Below are positions 37,010 to 48,514 of a stretch of DNA of 64,000 bases, piece by piece. The notes under the pieces are model-generated. The model saw only the letters and a list, made by a program, of their open reading frames with translations. It was not told where the DNA came from and ran no database searches. The stretch comes from Hemitrygon akajei. Its lineage: Eukaryota. The stretch spans positions 260,043-324,042 of the forward strand of contig NC_133154.1 in the NCBI RefSeq assembly GCF_048418815.1, written 5' to 3'. The stretch's first letter is position 1, and each line of letters opens with the position of its first letter. The position numbers and the translations under genes are program-made.

Positions 37010-38400
37010 TATGGGGAAAAGGCAGGTAGATGGAGATGTGCTCGTGGACAGATCAGCCATGATCTTATTGAATGGCGGGGCAGGCTCAATGGGCCAGATG
37101 GCCTACTCCTGCTCCTATTTCTTATGTCCTTATCTATGTACTCCTGCTCTGTAATCTGTACAGGGTCCATGAAATTGATGCTGCTTTGCCTCACTTCTAT
37201 AGACTCTGTATCCATCTCCTGAGTAAATACAAATGCAAAAAAAATATCTAAGATCTTTCCCATCTCTTTTGGCTCCACATATGTATTACCATTCTGATCT
37301 TCCAGGGAACCAATTTTGTCCCTTGTATTCCATTTGTCCTTAACATATCTGTAGAACCCCTGAGGTTCTCCTTCACCTTGTCTGCTTGAACAACTTCATG
37401 CCTTCTTTTAGCCCTCCTGATTTCTTTCTTAAGTGTTCTCTTGCATTTCCTGTACTCCATAAGCAACTCATTTGCTCCCACCTGCCTATACCTGCTATGC
37501 ACCTTTTTAATCTTAACCAGGGCCTCAATATCTCTTGAAAACCAAGGCTGCCCACACTAGTTATCTTTATTCTGACAGCCACATCCAAGCTTTGTATTCT
37601 CAAAATTTCACTTTTTAAGGCCTCCCACTTACCAAGTACAACTTTGTCAGAAAACAGCCTGTCCCAATACACACACTGCCAGATCCTTTCTGAGACCATC
37701 AAAATTGGCCTTTCTCCAATTTAGAATCTCAGTCCACGGAACAGACCTATCTTTACCCATATTTACTTTAAAACTAAGGCACTATGGTCACTAGATGCAA
37801 AGTGTTGCCCTACACAAATTTCTGTCACCTCCCTGTCTCATTCCCCAATAGCAGATCAAGTATCACACACTCTCTCATTGCAACTTCTATGTACTGAAGG
37901 AGGAAATTTTCCTGAACATATTTGTCACACTATCCCAGCTAGTCCTTTTACAGTATGGGATTCCCAGTCAGTGTGTGGAAAGTTAAAATCACCTACTTTA
38001 ACAACCATATGTTTCTGACAACAAGTCTTCAAATTTGCTCCTCTAAATCCTTAGGACTGCTGGGTGGTCTGCAATATGGCCCCACTAACATTGTCATACC
38101 TTTCTTATTTCTCAGTTCCACCCATAACACCTCACGAGAAGAGATCTCCCATCTGTCCTGACAGAGCACTGCTGTGACATTTTCCCTGACTAGTAATGCC
38201 AGCCCTCTTCCTTTAACCCCTCCTGCCATGTCGCATCTAAAACCCTGGAATACTGAGCTGCCAGTTCTGTTCCTCCTACAACCAAGTCTCACTAATGGCC
38301 ACAATGTCATAATTCCAGGTCTTCATCCAGGCCCTAAGCTCATCCACCTTTCCTACGATACTTCTTGCGTTGAAATATGGAAGAAGGAGCTGGTGGGGTG
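37010..38400 (-). mobile_element. CR1-like LINE 5' part of ORF2 (endonuclease domain plus linker), 3' truncated
   Basis: Minus ORFs 38029-38310 (GRGLALLVRENVTAVLCQDRWEISSREVLWVELRNKKGMTMLVGPYCRPPSS), 37373-37702, 37248-37502 (KKEIRRAKRRHEV...KENLRG) and 37009-37278. Confidence 0.6.
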
Positions 38401-40440
38401 GGGGGGTAAAACTACAATGTTTAAAAGACAGATGACTGCATTGGAAAGAATCATGGGGTTATGAAGCAGTGGCAGGGGATGGTGTCATAGGCAGCAGTGT
38501 AAGGGGATAGAGAGACAGAGAGTGCATAGAGATTCAAGAAGGTCACAGAGATGAGGCGGAGAGTAGGGAGTGAGAGTTTCAGAGAAATGGGCAGGGGTGA
38601 TGAGTTGGGAAGAATAGGGGGTTAGACAGGGCTTCACTGAGAAAGGGAGAAGAGTAGAGGGTCAGAGAGAAGGAGAGTGGTGTAGATGCCAGACAAGGTC
38701 ACACAGATGAGGAGGGGAGTGGGAAGAGAGGGGTTTAGAGAAATGGCCAGGAGTATAGAGTAGGGAGGGAGTGATAGAGACATGGAGGGATATAGAGAAA
38801 GAAGCAAATCATACACATGAAGGAGTGTAGGGAAGACAGGGAGGGTCATAGAGATGGGAAAGGAGGGTCGGTGTTGGACCTCGGGGAAGAGTGTAGTAGA
38901 GGGAAGGGTGATGGAGATGGAGAGAAAGGGTTTGACAGAGTCAGGGTGGGATGTAGGGGAGGGAGGGGTGACGGAGATGGGGAGGAGAGTAGGGGATGGA
39001 GGGGATAATGCTGAAGGGAAGAGGAGTAGAGGAGGAAGGGGGTGATAGAGACAGGGAGGGTTGTAGGGGATGGAAGGGATGATGGAGACTGGTAGGGAGG
39101 GTTGATGGAGATATGGAGGGAGGGGTAGAAGATAAGGAAGGGTATAGGAGAGGGAGGGGTGGCAGAAACAGAGGGGAGTAGGTGATGGAAGTGAGTACAG
39201 AGACGAGGAGTGGTGTAGAGGAGGGTGGCACTGATGGAGACAAGGAAGGGGGTGACAGAGATGGGGGGTGATGGAGATGAGGAGGGAAGGGGTGATGGAG
39301 ATGGGGAGGGCTGTATGCAAGTGAGGGGATGATGGAGACGGGGAGAGGGGATGGAGGGGCTGAAGGGAAAGGATGTTTGGGGGGGAGGCGGGGATGGGTG
39401 TGGAATGGGAGGGACAACAGACACAGGGAGGGGAGGAAGTGGGTGACAGAGACAGAAATGGTGTAGGGGAGGGAGGAGGTGACAGAGACATGAGGGGTGT
39501 AGGGAAGGGAGGGGGTGACAGATGGTGAGGGGTCCAGGCATGGGAGGGGATAATGGAGACAGGGAGGGGATTAAGGGAGGGAGGGAGTAACAGAGATGAG
39601 AAGTGGTGTAGTGGAGGGAGAGGGTGATGGAAACAGGGAAGGGTGTAGGGGAACAAGGGGGTAAGGGAGGTGTATAGGGAGGAAGTGACAGAGGTGTGTA
39701 GGAGAGCGTGAGTACGACAGGGAGGTGTGTAGGGGAGGGAGGGATGTTGGCGAAGATGGGGAGAGGTGTAGAGTAGGAAGGGGTGACAGAGACGGATGAG
39801 GAGGAGTGACGGGATAGGGAGGGAGGGTTGGGAGACGAAAGGCTATGGGGAGGAAGTGGGTGGTGGAGACAGGTAGAGGAGTAGGTGATGGAGGTGATTA
39901 CGGAATCAGGAAGGGGTGTAGGGGAGGGAAGGGGTGAGAGGAAGTTACATAGGGGAGGGAGGGGGTGGTGGAGATGGAGAGGGGTGTATTGGAGGGATGG
40001 GATGACGGAGACGAGGAGGGAGCGGGTAATGATGGGGAGGCCTGTAGGGGAATGAGGGGCTGATGGAGACAAGGAGGGGAGAGCCAGAAATGACAGAGTT
40101 GGGGAGGGGTGTTGGGGAGAGAGTGGTGAAGGAGACAGGGGGGAGTGAAGGGAATGGAGGAGGTGATGGGGAAGGGTGTACTGGAGAGGGGTTAGATGGG
40201 AAGGGGTGCAGCGAGGGATGGTGTGAGTCACAGGAAGGGAGGGGGTGACAGAGATAGGAGGGTGAAGGGGTGGGAGGGGGTGACTGAGACTAGGAATGGT
40301 GTAGAGGAACGAGTGGATGACAGAGATGGAAGAGGTGATGGAGACGGGGAGGGTTGTAGGGGAGGGAGGAGGTGACAGAGATGTGGTGCAAGGGAAGGGG
40401 TGATGGAGACAGAGAGTGATTGCATAAGCAGATCATTTGA
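38400..40440. repeat. 2-kb GA-rich low-complexity tract (ggtgatggagatggggagggag-like degenerate units)
   Basis: Direct inspection. Source of 340- and 461-aa artefactual minus-strand ORFs (Pro/Ser/Leu-rich). Confidence 0.7.
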
Positions 40441-40799
40441 AAAGGACTGAGATTAAAGCCTTTACGTTACACGAGGTCATGTGATTCTCTGACAATAATC
40501 TGAGTGGCAGTGTGTGGTGTGACTGTCTGCATGTGTGGCAAATCCCCTTGACATTTCCTTAACTGAAACAAAGAAACTGGTTAAACCCTGCTAGGGCTTT
40601 CTGAGAACTACCTTCATCTCTCCCATCTTTCTCTGTTGTGTGAATCACTCTCCAGACTCTCCTCTGCCAGCATCTGCTCCCTCCCTCCCTTGAGGGGCCT
40701 CATCAAGTTCCAGTCCTTCTTGTGTCACCCCCAGCGGATCTCTCACACTCTACTCCAGGGATCTCAGTGTTATCAGCACACATCCACCCCATCAGATAG

Positions 40800-41160
40800 A
40801 CTGTGAGAATTTGTCTCAGCCTCCTCACCCTCCACTGGCACCCCTCTCTCTGTTACAGCCCCCATGCTCTCTCCCTCTAGATTTCTATCTCTGCCTTCTC
40901 TCCACCTCTCTCTCCCATCATTTTCTCATCTCCATCACCTCTCTCCATCTCTCCCTTTCTCTTGGTCCATCTCACGTCCCCATGTCTCTCTTTCCATCTC
41001 TCCCTTTCGCAATCTATCTCTCCATCCCTACCTTTCTCTCTCCATCTCTCTCTCTCTTTCCATCTCTCCCTGCCTCCCTCTCCCCCCTCTCTCTCCATTG
41101 CTCTCTCTCCCCTCACTCTCCATCCTCCTAGCTCACTTTCATAGCTCCATCCCACCCTAT
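40800..41160. repeat. CT-rich low-complexity tract downstream (3') of TLCD3B exon 2 in intron 2, 51-411 nt from the exon-2 donor (41209-41210); purine-rich on the gene's sense strand
   Basis: Direct inspection (ctctccatctctccctttc...). Confidence 0.6.
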
Positions 41161-41210
41161 GTCCCCCTATCCGCCGTTCCCCATCCCAGTCCCTCTGGTG
41201 AACGTCTCAC

Positions 41211-41297
41211 CTGGTTTCCAGGATGTTATTTCGACAGGACCGGACGATGATAAGACCTGCACTTGATGCCATCATTGCCTGTACTGAGGATACCAGC
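41211..41297 (-). CDS. TLCD3B: TLCD3B-like coding exon 2
   Basis: Acceptor ttctccccctctctacag|G and donor CCAG|gtgaga on the minus strand. Encodes (R)LVSSVQAMMASSAGLIIVRSCRNNILET, matching human (A)RLVSSVQAIMASTAGYIVSTSC. The exon (87 nt, phases 2 in / 2 out) joins exons 1 and 3 in frame. Confidence 0.8.
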
Positions 41298-41324
41298 CTG
41301 TAGAGAGGGGGAGAACCATCGAAC

Positions 41325-42340
41325 ATAGAATACTACAGCACAGTACAGTCCCTTTGGCCCATGATGTTGTGCCAATTTTTAATCTACTCTAAGATCAATC
41401 TAACCTTTCCTCCCACATAGCCCCCCATTTTTGCTTCATCCATGTGCTTATCTTAAATGTCCCTGATGTATCTGCCTTCAACACCACCCCTAGCAGCGTG
41501 TTCCACACACCCACCACTCTCTGTGTAAAATCCCTACCTCTGACATCCTCTCTGCATTTTCCTCCAATTACCTTAAAATTATGCCCTCTTGTATTAGCCA
41601 TATTCATCCTGGGAAAATATCTCCGGCTCTCCACTTGATTTATGCTTTTCATCATCTTATATACCTCTATCTTCACCTCTCATCTTCCTTTGCTCCAAAA
41701 AGCCCTAGCTCACTCAACCTTTCTGCAATAGACATGCTCTCTAATCCAGGCAGAATCCTGGTAAAACTCCTCTGCACTCTATCTAAATCTTCCATATCCT
41801 TCCTCTAATGACAAACCACAACTGAACACAATGCTCCAAATGTGCTCTCAGCAGGGTTTTATAGAATGGCAACATTACTTTGCGGTTCTTGAACTCAGTC
41901 CCCTGGCCAAGCACCATAAACTTTCTAAACAACCCAATCAAGTTGCGTGGCAACTTTAAGAAATCGACGGACATAGGCCTCAAGATCTCTCTGTTCTTGC
42001 AAATTGCTAAGAAACCTACCTTTAACCCTGTACTCTGCCTTTGTTTGACCTTCCAAAGTGTATCACTTCACACTTTTCCAGATTGAACTCCATCTGCCAC
42101 TCCTCAGCCCATCTCAGCATCATGTCAATATCCTGTTGTAACCTACAACAATGTTCTACATTATGTTCTGCACAACTCCAGTAACCTTTGTGTCAACTGC
42201 AAACTTACTAACCTTTCCCCTTCCTGATCCATCATGTATAAAAATCATAAAGAGTTGGAGTCCAAGCACAGATCCCAATCATCACCAACACTTGGGCAAA
42301 ATACTCTCCATCTATAACAATGTTCCCTCTAAGGTGCTCA
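41325..42340 (-). mobile_element. CR1-like LINE 3' portion (~1 kb); its terminus lies ~25 bp from the TLCD3B exon-2 acceptor
   Basis: Minus ORFs 41395-41676 (…DVRGRDFTQRVVGVWNTLLGVVLKADTSGTFK…) and 41783-41983 (…LLRAHLEHCVQLW…). Terminus catagaatactacagcacag at 41325. Confidence 0.65.
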
Positions 42341-42639
42341 CATGTATATGAGCACACATCTTTTGCTACCAGCACACAAGGGAATTTAAATTGCTCATGT
42401 TAAGTATATTTCATGATCACATTTCTTTTTCTGGTTTCTAATGTGGAGTTTGTGATTATTTGTCTGCGGATTTTAGAACTGGCATATTTATACTGTTTTT
42501 ATTGAAGATATTATTCAGTGCACACATGTTGTTGGCACTGGGCAAAAAATTGCACAGCACAAGATTTTCATGCACACTGGTCATTACAAATTAAAGGGAA
42601 CATTGCCTTCTATGGGAAAGTCAATTCTATATCCACACA

Positions 42640-43700
42640 GCCAAGTTTCCCTGGATCCCATACCTCCTGGCTTTCTGAATGAGCCCACCATGCGGAACCT
42701 AATCAGATTTTGAACTTAAATTCATATTCACCACATTCATTGCTCCATTTTATCAATGTGCTTTGTCACATCCTCAAAGAATTCAATCAGACTCATGGGG
42801 CACGACCTGCCCCTCACAAAGCCAAGTTGACTATCCCTAATCAGACTATGCTTCATAGAAACATAGAAAACCTACAGCACAATACAGGTCCTTCAGCCCA
42901 CAAAGTTGTGCAGAACATCTCCCTACCTTAAAAATCACTAGGCTTACCCATAGCCTTCTATTTTACTAAGCTCCATGTACCTATCTAAAAGTTTCTTAAA
43001 AGACCCTATCGTATCAGCCTCTACCACCGTTACCGGCACTATTTCATGCACTCACCACTCTCTGAGTAAAAAACTTACCCCTGACATCTCCTCTGTACCT
43101 ACTCCCCAGCACCTTAAACCTGTGTCCTCTTGTGGCAAACATTTCAGCCCTGGGAAAAAGCCTCTGACTATCCACACGATCAATGCCTCTCATCATCTTA
43201 TACACCTCTATCACTGCCTGTGTTGGCACATGGCCAAGTGGTTAAGGCATTCATCTAGTGATCTGAAGGTCGCTAGTTTGAGCCTTGGCTGAGGCTGTGT
43301 GTGTGTCCTTGAGCAAGGCACTTAACCACACACAGCTCTGTGACAACACCGGTGCCAAGCTGTATGGGTCCTAATGCCCTTCCCTTGGACAACATTAGAG
43401 GCGTGGAGAGGGGAGACTTGCAGCTTGTGCAACTGCTGGTCTTCCATTAAAAAACCCTGCCCAGACTTGCGCCATGGAAACTTTCCAGGGCACAAATCCA
43501 TGGTCTATCGAGACTAACGGAGGCCTACACACACACCTCTATCAGGTCACCTCTCATCCTCTGTCGCTCCAAGGAGAAAAGCCCGAGTTCACTCAACCTA
43601 TTCTCATAAGGCATCCTCCCCAATCCAGCCAACATCCTTATAAATCTCTTCTGCACCCACCCATGGCTTCCACATCCTTCCTGTAATGAGGCGACCAGAA
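42640..43700 (-). mobile_element. CR1-like LINE pieces: RT N-terminal fragment (42640-42850) and a 3'-terminal piece (42850-43700) interrupted by a SINE
   Basis: Antisense similarity to 51480-51670. 3' terminus tagaaacatagaaaacctacagcac at 42855. Minus ORFs 43044-43229 and 43525-43728 (…SELGLFSLERQRMRGDLIEV…). Confidence 0.6.
43216..43540 (+). mobile_element. tRNA-derived SINE (~320 bp) inserted in a CR1 tail, with TSD ACACCTCTATCA
   Basis: tRNA-like head tggccaagtggttaaggc (box A-like) ... ggtcgctagtttgagcc (box B-like). Central motif ccttgagcaaggcacttaacc, common to many fish SINE cores. Ends in (AC)n. The CR1 sequence is continuous across the insertion once one copy of acacctctatca is removed. 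Confidence 0.55.
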
Positions 43701-44480
43701 TGAGCTTCTCCAAATGTTCGTAAATCATGTCTCTAACATTAATTGCCCACCACTGAAGATTCAGTTAGTTGGTTAAACTCATCACCCCTACAAGATTGCC
43801 AGATTTCTCTAATCTGGGCCAGACTGGTGTTGGTCCTGGATGATAGAAGGGTGATCGACCAGTGGCTTCCACGGACCAGCAGCTTTTGCTGCACAACTTC
43901 ATACGTCTTCTATCCTTTCTCCCAGGAATGAGGGCTTCAGTGTTTCTGTAGCTCTGGGTTTTTATGGGATGGGGTTCATAGTTCAACTGTCCTTCTTTCT
44001 CAGCCGGGCTTGGGACTGTCCATAGCAAAGTTGCAGTTAAGCTCACTGGTCTATAATTCCCAGGGTTTTCCCTACTCCCTCTCTTGAACAAAGGAATTTC
44101 ATGTGGCACTGCTCCTTTAGGCAGCGATAATGTAAAGATCATTGCCAAAGGTACAGCAGTCTCTTCCCTCACTTCTCATTATAACCTGGGGTATAATCCT
44201 TCCATTCCTGTGGATTTATCTATCCTAACGTTTTTCAAAAGTTCTTGCACACCCACTTTATTAATGTCCAGCACATCGGTCTGTTTCATGCTGTCCTCAC
44301 AAACATCAAAACCCGCCCAGTGAAACAAAGTATTCATTAAGGACCTCCCATACCTCCTCCGACTCCAAGCACATTTTCTCTCAGGCTCTGATCGGTCTTA
44401 CCCTCACTCTGGCCATCCACCTGCTCTTCACCTGTAGAATGCTCTGGAGTTTTCCATAATCCCACTTGCCAATGCCTTAG
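43700..44480 (-). mobile_element. CR1-like LINE RT N-terminus / linker fragment
   Basis: Minus ORF 43765-44172 (…PLAMIFTLSLPKGAVPHE…NPGNYRPVSLTA…). Antisense similarity to 51700-52250. Confidence 0.55.
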
Positions 44481-45600
44481 AATTTCCCCTTTTAGATTTC
44501 AGGTGGGAGTGAGAAGTGGTGAGAGGGAAAGCAGAGAGGCAGTGCAGTGAGGGGGAGGGGGGAAAGGGGAGAGGGGGATAGAACAGAGGGGGAAGGGTGA
44601 AGGGTGAGGGTGATGAGGGAAAGGGGAAGCGTGATGAAAGAAAGGGAAAGGGGAAGAGGAGATGGGTGGAGAAGGGAATAAATGAGATGAGAGGGTGGGA
44701 AGAGAGGTAAGACATGGGGAAGAGGAGAAGTAGGAAAGGAGAGGGGAGAGTGGGAGGAGAGGGGAAGGGAGAGAGGGAGGGGGAAGGGAGAGGAAAGGGG
44801 AGGGGGAGGGGAGAGGGAGAAGGGAGGAGTGGAAGAAATGGGGAGAGAGGTGGAAGGGAGAGAGAGAGAAGATTGGAAGGGAGAGGTGGAGTGAGAGGGG
44901 GAGAGGAGAGAGCAGAAGAGAGGGAAGTGGGAAGGGGAGGAGTGGAAGGGGAGATGGGAAAGGGAAGTGGTGGAGAGGAGAGAGGGGAAGGGAGAGGGGG
45001 AAGGGAGAGGGAAGGGGAGGGGGAAGCAGGAGGAGGAAGGGGAGAGGGCAAAGGAGGAGGCAGGGGAGAGGGAGAAAGGAAGACAGTAGGGGATGAGGAA
45101 AGGAGAGGGAGAGGGTGAAGGGGAGGGAAGAGAGAAGAAGGGAAAGGGGAAAAGGAAGGAGTGGTGTGGGGGAAGGGAGAGTTGGCAGAGAGAGGGGTAA
45201 GGGGGAGAGAGGAAAGGGAGACGGAGAGGGAAAAGGGAGAAGGGGAGAGAGGAGGGGAAGGCAAGTGGTGTGGGGAATGGGAGAGGGAAAAGAGATAGCT
45301 GGATGTGAGAGGGGGAGGAGGGGAAAGGGGTGGGGTGGGGAGGGGAAGGGAGGGGAAGGGAAAAAGGAAGGAGAGAGGGAAGGAGGAGGAAGAAGATGAT
45401 TGGGGAAGGAGAGAAGGGAAGGGTAGGAAGAGGAGGATGGGGAGAAGGGAGGGAGAGGGGAGTGGAGGGAAAAAGAGGAGAGGGGTAAGGCAGAGAGGGC
45501 AAAGGGGAGGGGGGAGTGGGAGATGGGTGGTGAGTGAGGAAGGGAATATGTGAAATGAGAGGATGGGGGAAGGGGAAGGAAGAGAAGGGAGCCTGAATAA
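44480..45600. repeat. GA-rich low-complexity tract (~1.1 kb) in intron 1, about 100 bp downstream of the exon-1 splice donor
   Basis: Direct inspection. Source of 386-, 415- and 463-aa artefactual minus ORFs. Confidence 0.7.
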
Positions 45601-45700
45601 GGGGCGAAGGGAGATAGGAGTGACAGAGACAGGGGAGACACAGTCCATTTGAGGTGCACAGGCTAGGGTTGACAATCACCACACCCTGGCCCACACTCAC

Positions 45701-45825
45701 CTGGAGGAGAGAATGACAGCATCGGTCTCCCCCCATCCCGGTACTGGCAGCTGCTTCAGGCACCTCCGGCACAGACTGAACAGAGCGGGGAAGAACAGGG
45801 AGCCCAAAGCCAACTCGGTCAGCAT
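45701..45825 (-). CDS. TLCD3B: TLC-domain protein TLCD3B/FAM57B-like, coding exon 1 (start codon)
   Basis: ATG at 45825-45823 (minus), preceded by an in-frame TGA. Encodes MLTELALGSLFFPALFSLCRRCLKQLPVPGWGETDAVILSS and ends in phase 2 (...CAG|gtgagt, donor from complement of 45695-45700). Aligns to the vertebrate TLCD3B N-terminus (MLTP..GG..FPGLF....L..LP...W.E.DAVI.S). Confidence 0.8.
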
Positions 45826-46400
45826 GTCTGGAGAGTGGAAAGAGGAGGAGTGAGGCAGCTAAACCATTCACTGTCTCCGTCAACCCTCCCTGTCTCCCTC
45901 ATCTCTGACACCCTCTCTCCATCTCCATCAATCCCCTCCGTCTCCATCACCCCCATCCATCTCCATCAACCCCTCTCCATCACCCCAACCCCATCTCTAT
46001 CACCCTCTCTCTGTCTCCATCACCCCCTCCTTGTCTCTGTCACCCCTTCCCTGTCTCTATCATCACCTCCCCATCTTTGTCAACCCCTCCCCATCTCTGT
46101 CAACTCACCATCTCCATCACCTTCTCCCCATCTTCATCACCATTCCATCGTCACCTCCCTATCTCCATCACCCCCTCTGTCTTGGATGCTGCCCTCCCAA
46201 CTCCATTACCCCTCACCGTCTCAATCAACCCCTCTCTGTCTCTGTCAACCCCTTCCTCCACTACACACTCCCCATCTCCATCATCCCTTCCCTCCCCGTG
46301 CCTCTCCCTGTCTTTGTGACCCCTCTAGCCCTGATGGTTAATGTGGGAGGTTTGACTATCTGTGCAGACCCTCGGCCACAATAGACAATCCCAGTGAATC
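45826..46400 (-). promoter_or_regulatory. Putative 5'UTR / proximal promoter region of the TLCD3B-like gene (purine-rich on the sense strand)
   Basis: Immediately upstream of the ATG on the minus strand. An acceptor-like ctctttccactctccag lies 2 nt before the ATG, so an upstream non-coding exon is possible. No TATA box recognised. Positional inference only. Confidence 0.25.
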
Positions 46401-46499
46401 TGGGAAGAGATGAGAAATGGAGCTCATGTGGAGACCTCTTCCCCCCAACTTTGGCTCAGAACCCTTGAGTCATCTGTTTAACATCTGCATCTTGGTGAA

Positions 46500-48240
46500 A
46501 GTGAGTAGAGCTCTCTCTCTCTCTCTCTCCCTCGCTCTCTCTCATTGTCTCCTTCACTCTCTCTGGGTTTCACTCTCACCTCTCTGTTTCTCCCTCTCGC
46601 TTTCTGACTCTCTCTGTCTCTCTTTCCATTTCTATCGCTCCCTGTTTCTTTCTCCCCATCTCACTGTATGTCTCTTCCTGTCTCTTTCTCACTCCATCTC
46701 TCTATTGCCCTCTCTATTCATCTCCATCTCTCTCTCTCTCTCCCCAAATGCAGTTCATAGTCTGACCACAGCCGCACTCCTCAACAACTTCTCGCAGAAT
46801 CTGATGTAACTCCCTTGCACTTTCACCCTGCCAGGTACAGAAGCTGCTCTAGAGAGTGGCACAGACAGTGACGTAATGACGGATAGGGAGAGGTGGGAAT
46901 GAGGAGGAGAGGGAGGAGGGAGTGGAGAGAGGGAGAGAGAAAGGGAAGAACAGAGGGAGGGGGACAATGGGGTATGAGAGAGGAGGAATAAGAGGGAAGG
47001 TGGGGAGAGAGGGCAGAGAGATGAGGAAGAGGAGACAGTGGTAAAGGAAGGAGGGGGGAAGAGAGGTGAGGAGAGAGGAGGAGGGGAAAAGCAGAATGAG
47101 GGAGAGGAAGCTGAGAGAAATGGGATGGGGCAATGAGGGTATGGAGGGCAAAAAGATAAGGTAAAGAGTGGTTAGAGTGAGGGAGAGAGAAAGGGGAGCG
47201 GGGTGAGAAAATGGGGAGGAAAAAGAGAATGGTGAGAATGAGAAGAGGCAGAAGGAAATGTAGAGGGGGTAGAGATGGGGAGAGAATGCAGAAAAAGGAT
47301 GGAGAGGGTGGGAGAAGGGTTAGAGACAGGGACAGAGTAGTGGAGAGAGGTGTGGGGAGGCAGAACAATGGAGGGGAAGAAAGAAGGATGGGGAGAGTGT
47401 GGGTGAAGAGTACACATGGGGAGAGTGGGGGAGAGAGGGGGAAGAGAAGAGAGAGTCAGAAGAAAGGGGGTAGAGTAGGAAGAAAGAGGAAGAGAGGGAG
47501 GAAGGGTGGGATTGGGGTTACAGATGGGGAATAGAGGAGAAAGGGAGGGTCGAGTGGCGAGAAGGAAGGGGTGAGAGGGTGGGAGAGACAGGTCGGGAGA
47601 GACAAAGGGGTGGGGAGAGTGGTTGAGAAAGTGGAAGGAAGGTGGAGAATGTGGGATAAGAGAGTGTGGAGGAGGAGAGACAGAAGAGAGAGAGTGTGAG
47701 AAAAAGAATAGAGAAAGAGGAGGGAGAGAGAGGGGAGAGAGAATGAGGAAAAGGGGAGAGAGGGAAGGGGAGGGGGAGAGAGGGAAGGGAAGGGGAGGAG
47801 AGAGGGGGAAGAGAGGGAGGAGGAGAGAGAATGACAAAAAGAGGAGAGAGGGGTGGAGGGGGGAGAGAAAGGGGAGAGGGGGAGGAGAGAGAAGGGGAGA
47901 TGGATGAAGAGAGAGAGAGTTGAAGATTAGGCCCAGTTATTTTCAGTGGGAAAGGAAAGGGGATGGAGGCAGACAAAAGAAATTAACAAGATGGAAGATG
48001 AGAAGAGAGAGAGAGTCAAAGAGACAGAGACAGAAAGACAGTCAGAGAGAGAAGGAAGGATGCAGTGAATAAATAGATGAAGAGAAATGGGAGGGAGCAG
48101 GAGAGACTGGAGGGGGAAGGGTCAAAATGAGATGGGGAGGGAGGGAGGCAGAGGGGTGATGGACAGACAGCATGATGTGGGAGGGAGAGACAGTGAGAGA
48201 GATATGGACAGCGACAGAGATGGAGAACGAGACAGAGAGA
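46500..48240. repeat. Low-complexity tract: CT-rich (46500-46760) then GA-rich (46860-48240)
   Basis: Direct inspection. Confidence 0.65.
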
Positions 48241-48269
48241 GTCTCTCTCTCTTCCTGGCCCTCTCACTC

Positions 48270-48274
<5 letters not shown>

Positions 48275-48353
<79 letters not shown>
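48275..48353. repeat. (CT)~39 microsatellite
   Basis: Pure ct dinucleotide run. Confidence 0.9.
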
Positions 48354-48356
<3 letters not shown>

Positions 48357-48510
48357 CCACTGACTCACTGTCAAGATATACATGATATTGTGTGCGATCT
48401 TACCCACTCGAAGCTGAATTCCCCCCCCGGCTCAGTGCATACCGAGTGCCTGTGTGCGAGAGCAGCGAGATCAGTGACTGGTGGGCGATGGGAGTGGATC
48501 GAGGTAGAGG

Positions 48511-48514
<4 letters not shown>

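Noticed and set aside
38634-40231. Very long minus-strand ORFs (340 aa and 461 aa; also 44428-45883 of 386-463 aa, 46823-47837, 12373-13964, 21364-22029) rich in Pro/Ser/Leu
   Set aside because: They lie entirely in GA-rich (plus strand) low-complexity tracts. The complementary CT-rich strand cannot form stop codons, so open frames are a compositional artefact. They have no start-codon context and no domain-like sequence, and overlapping frames are equally open.
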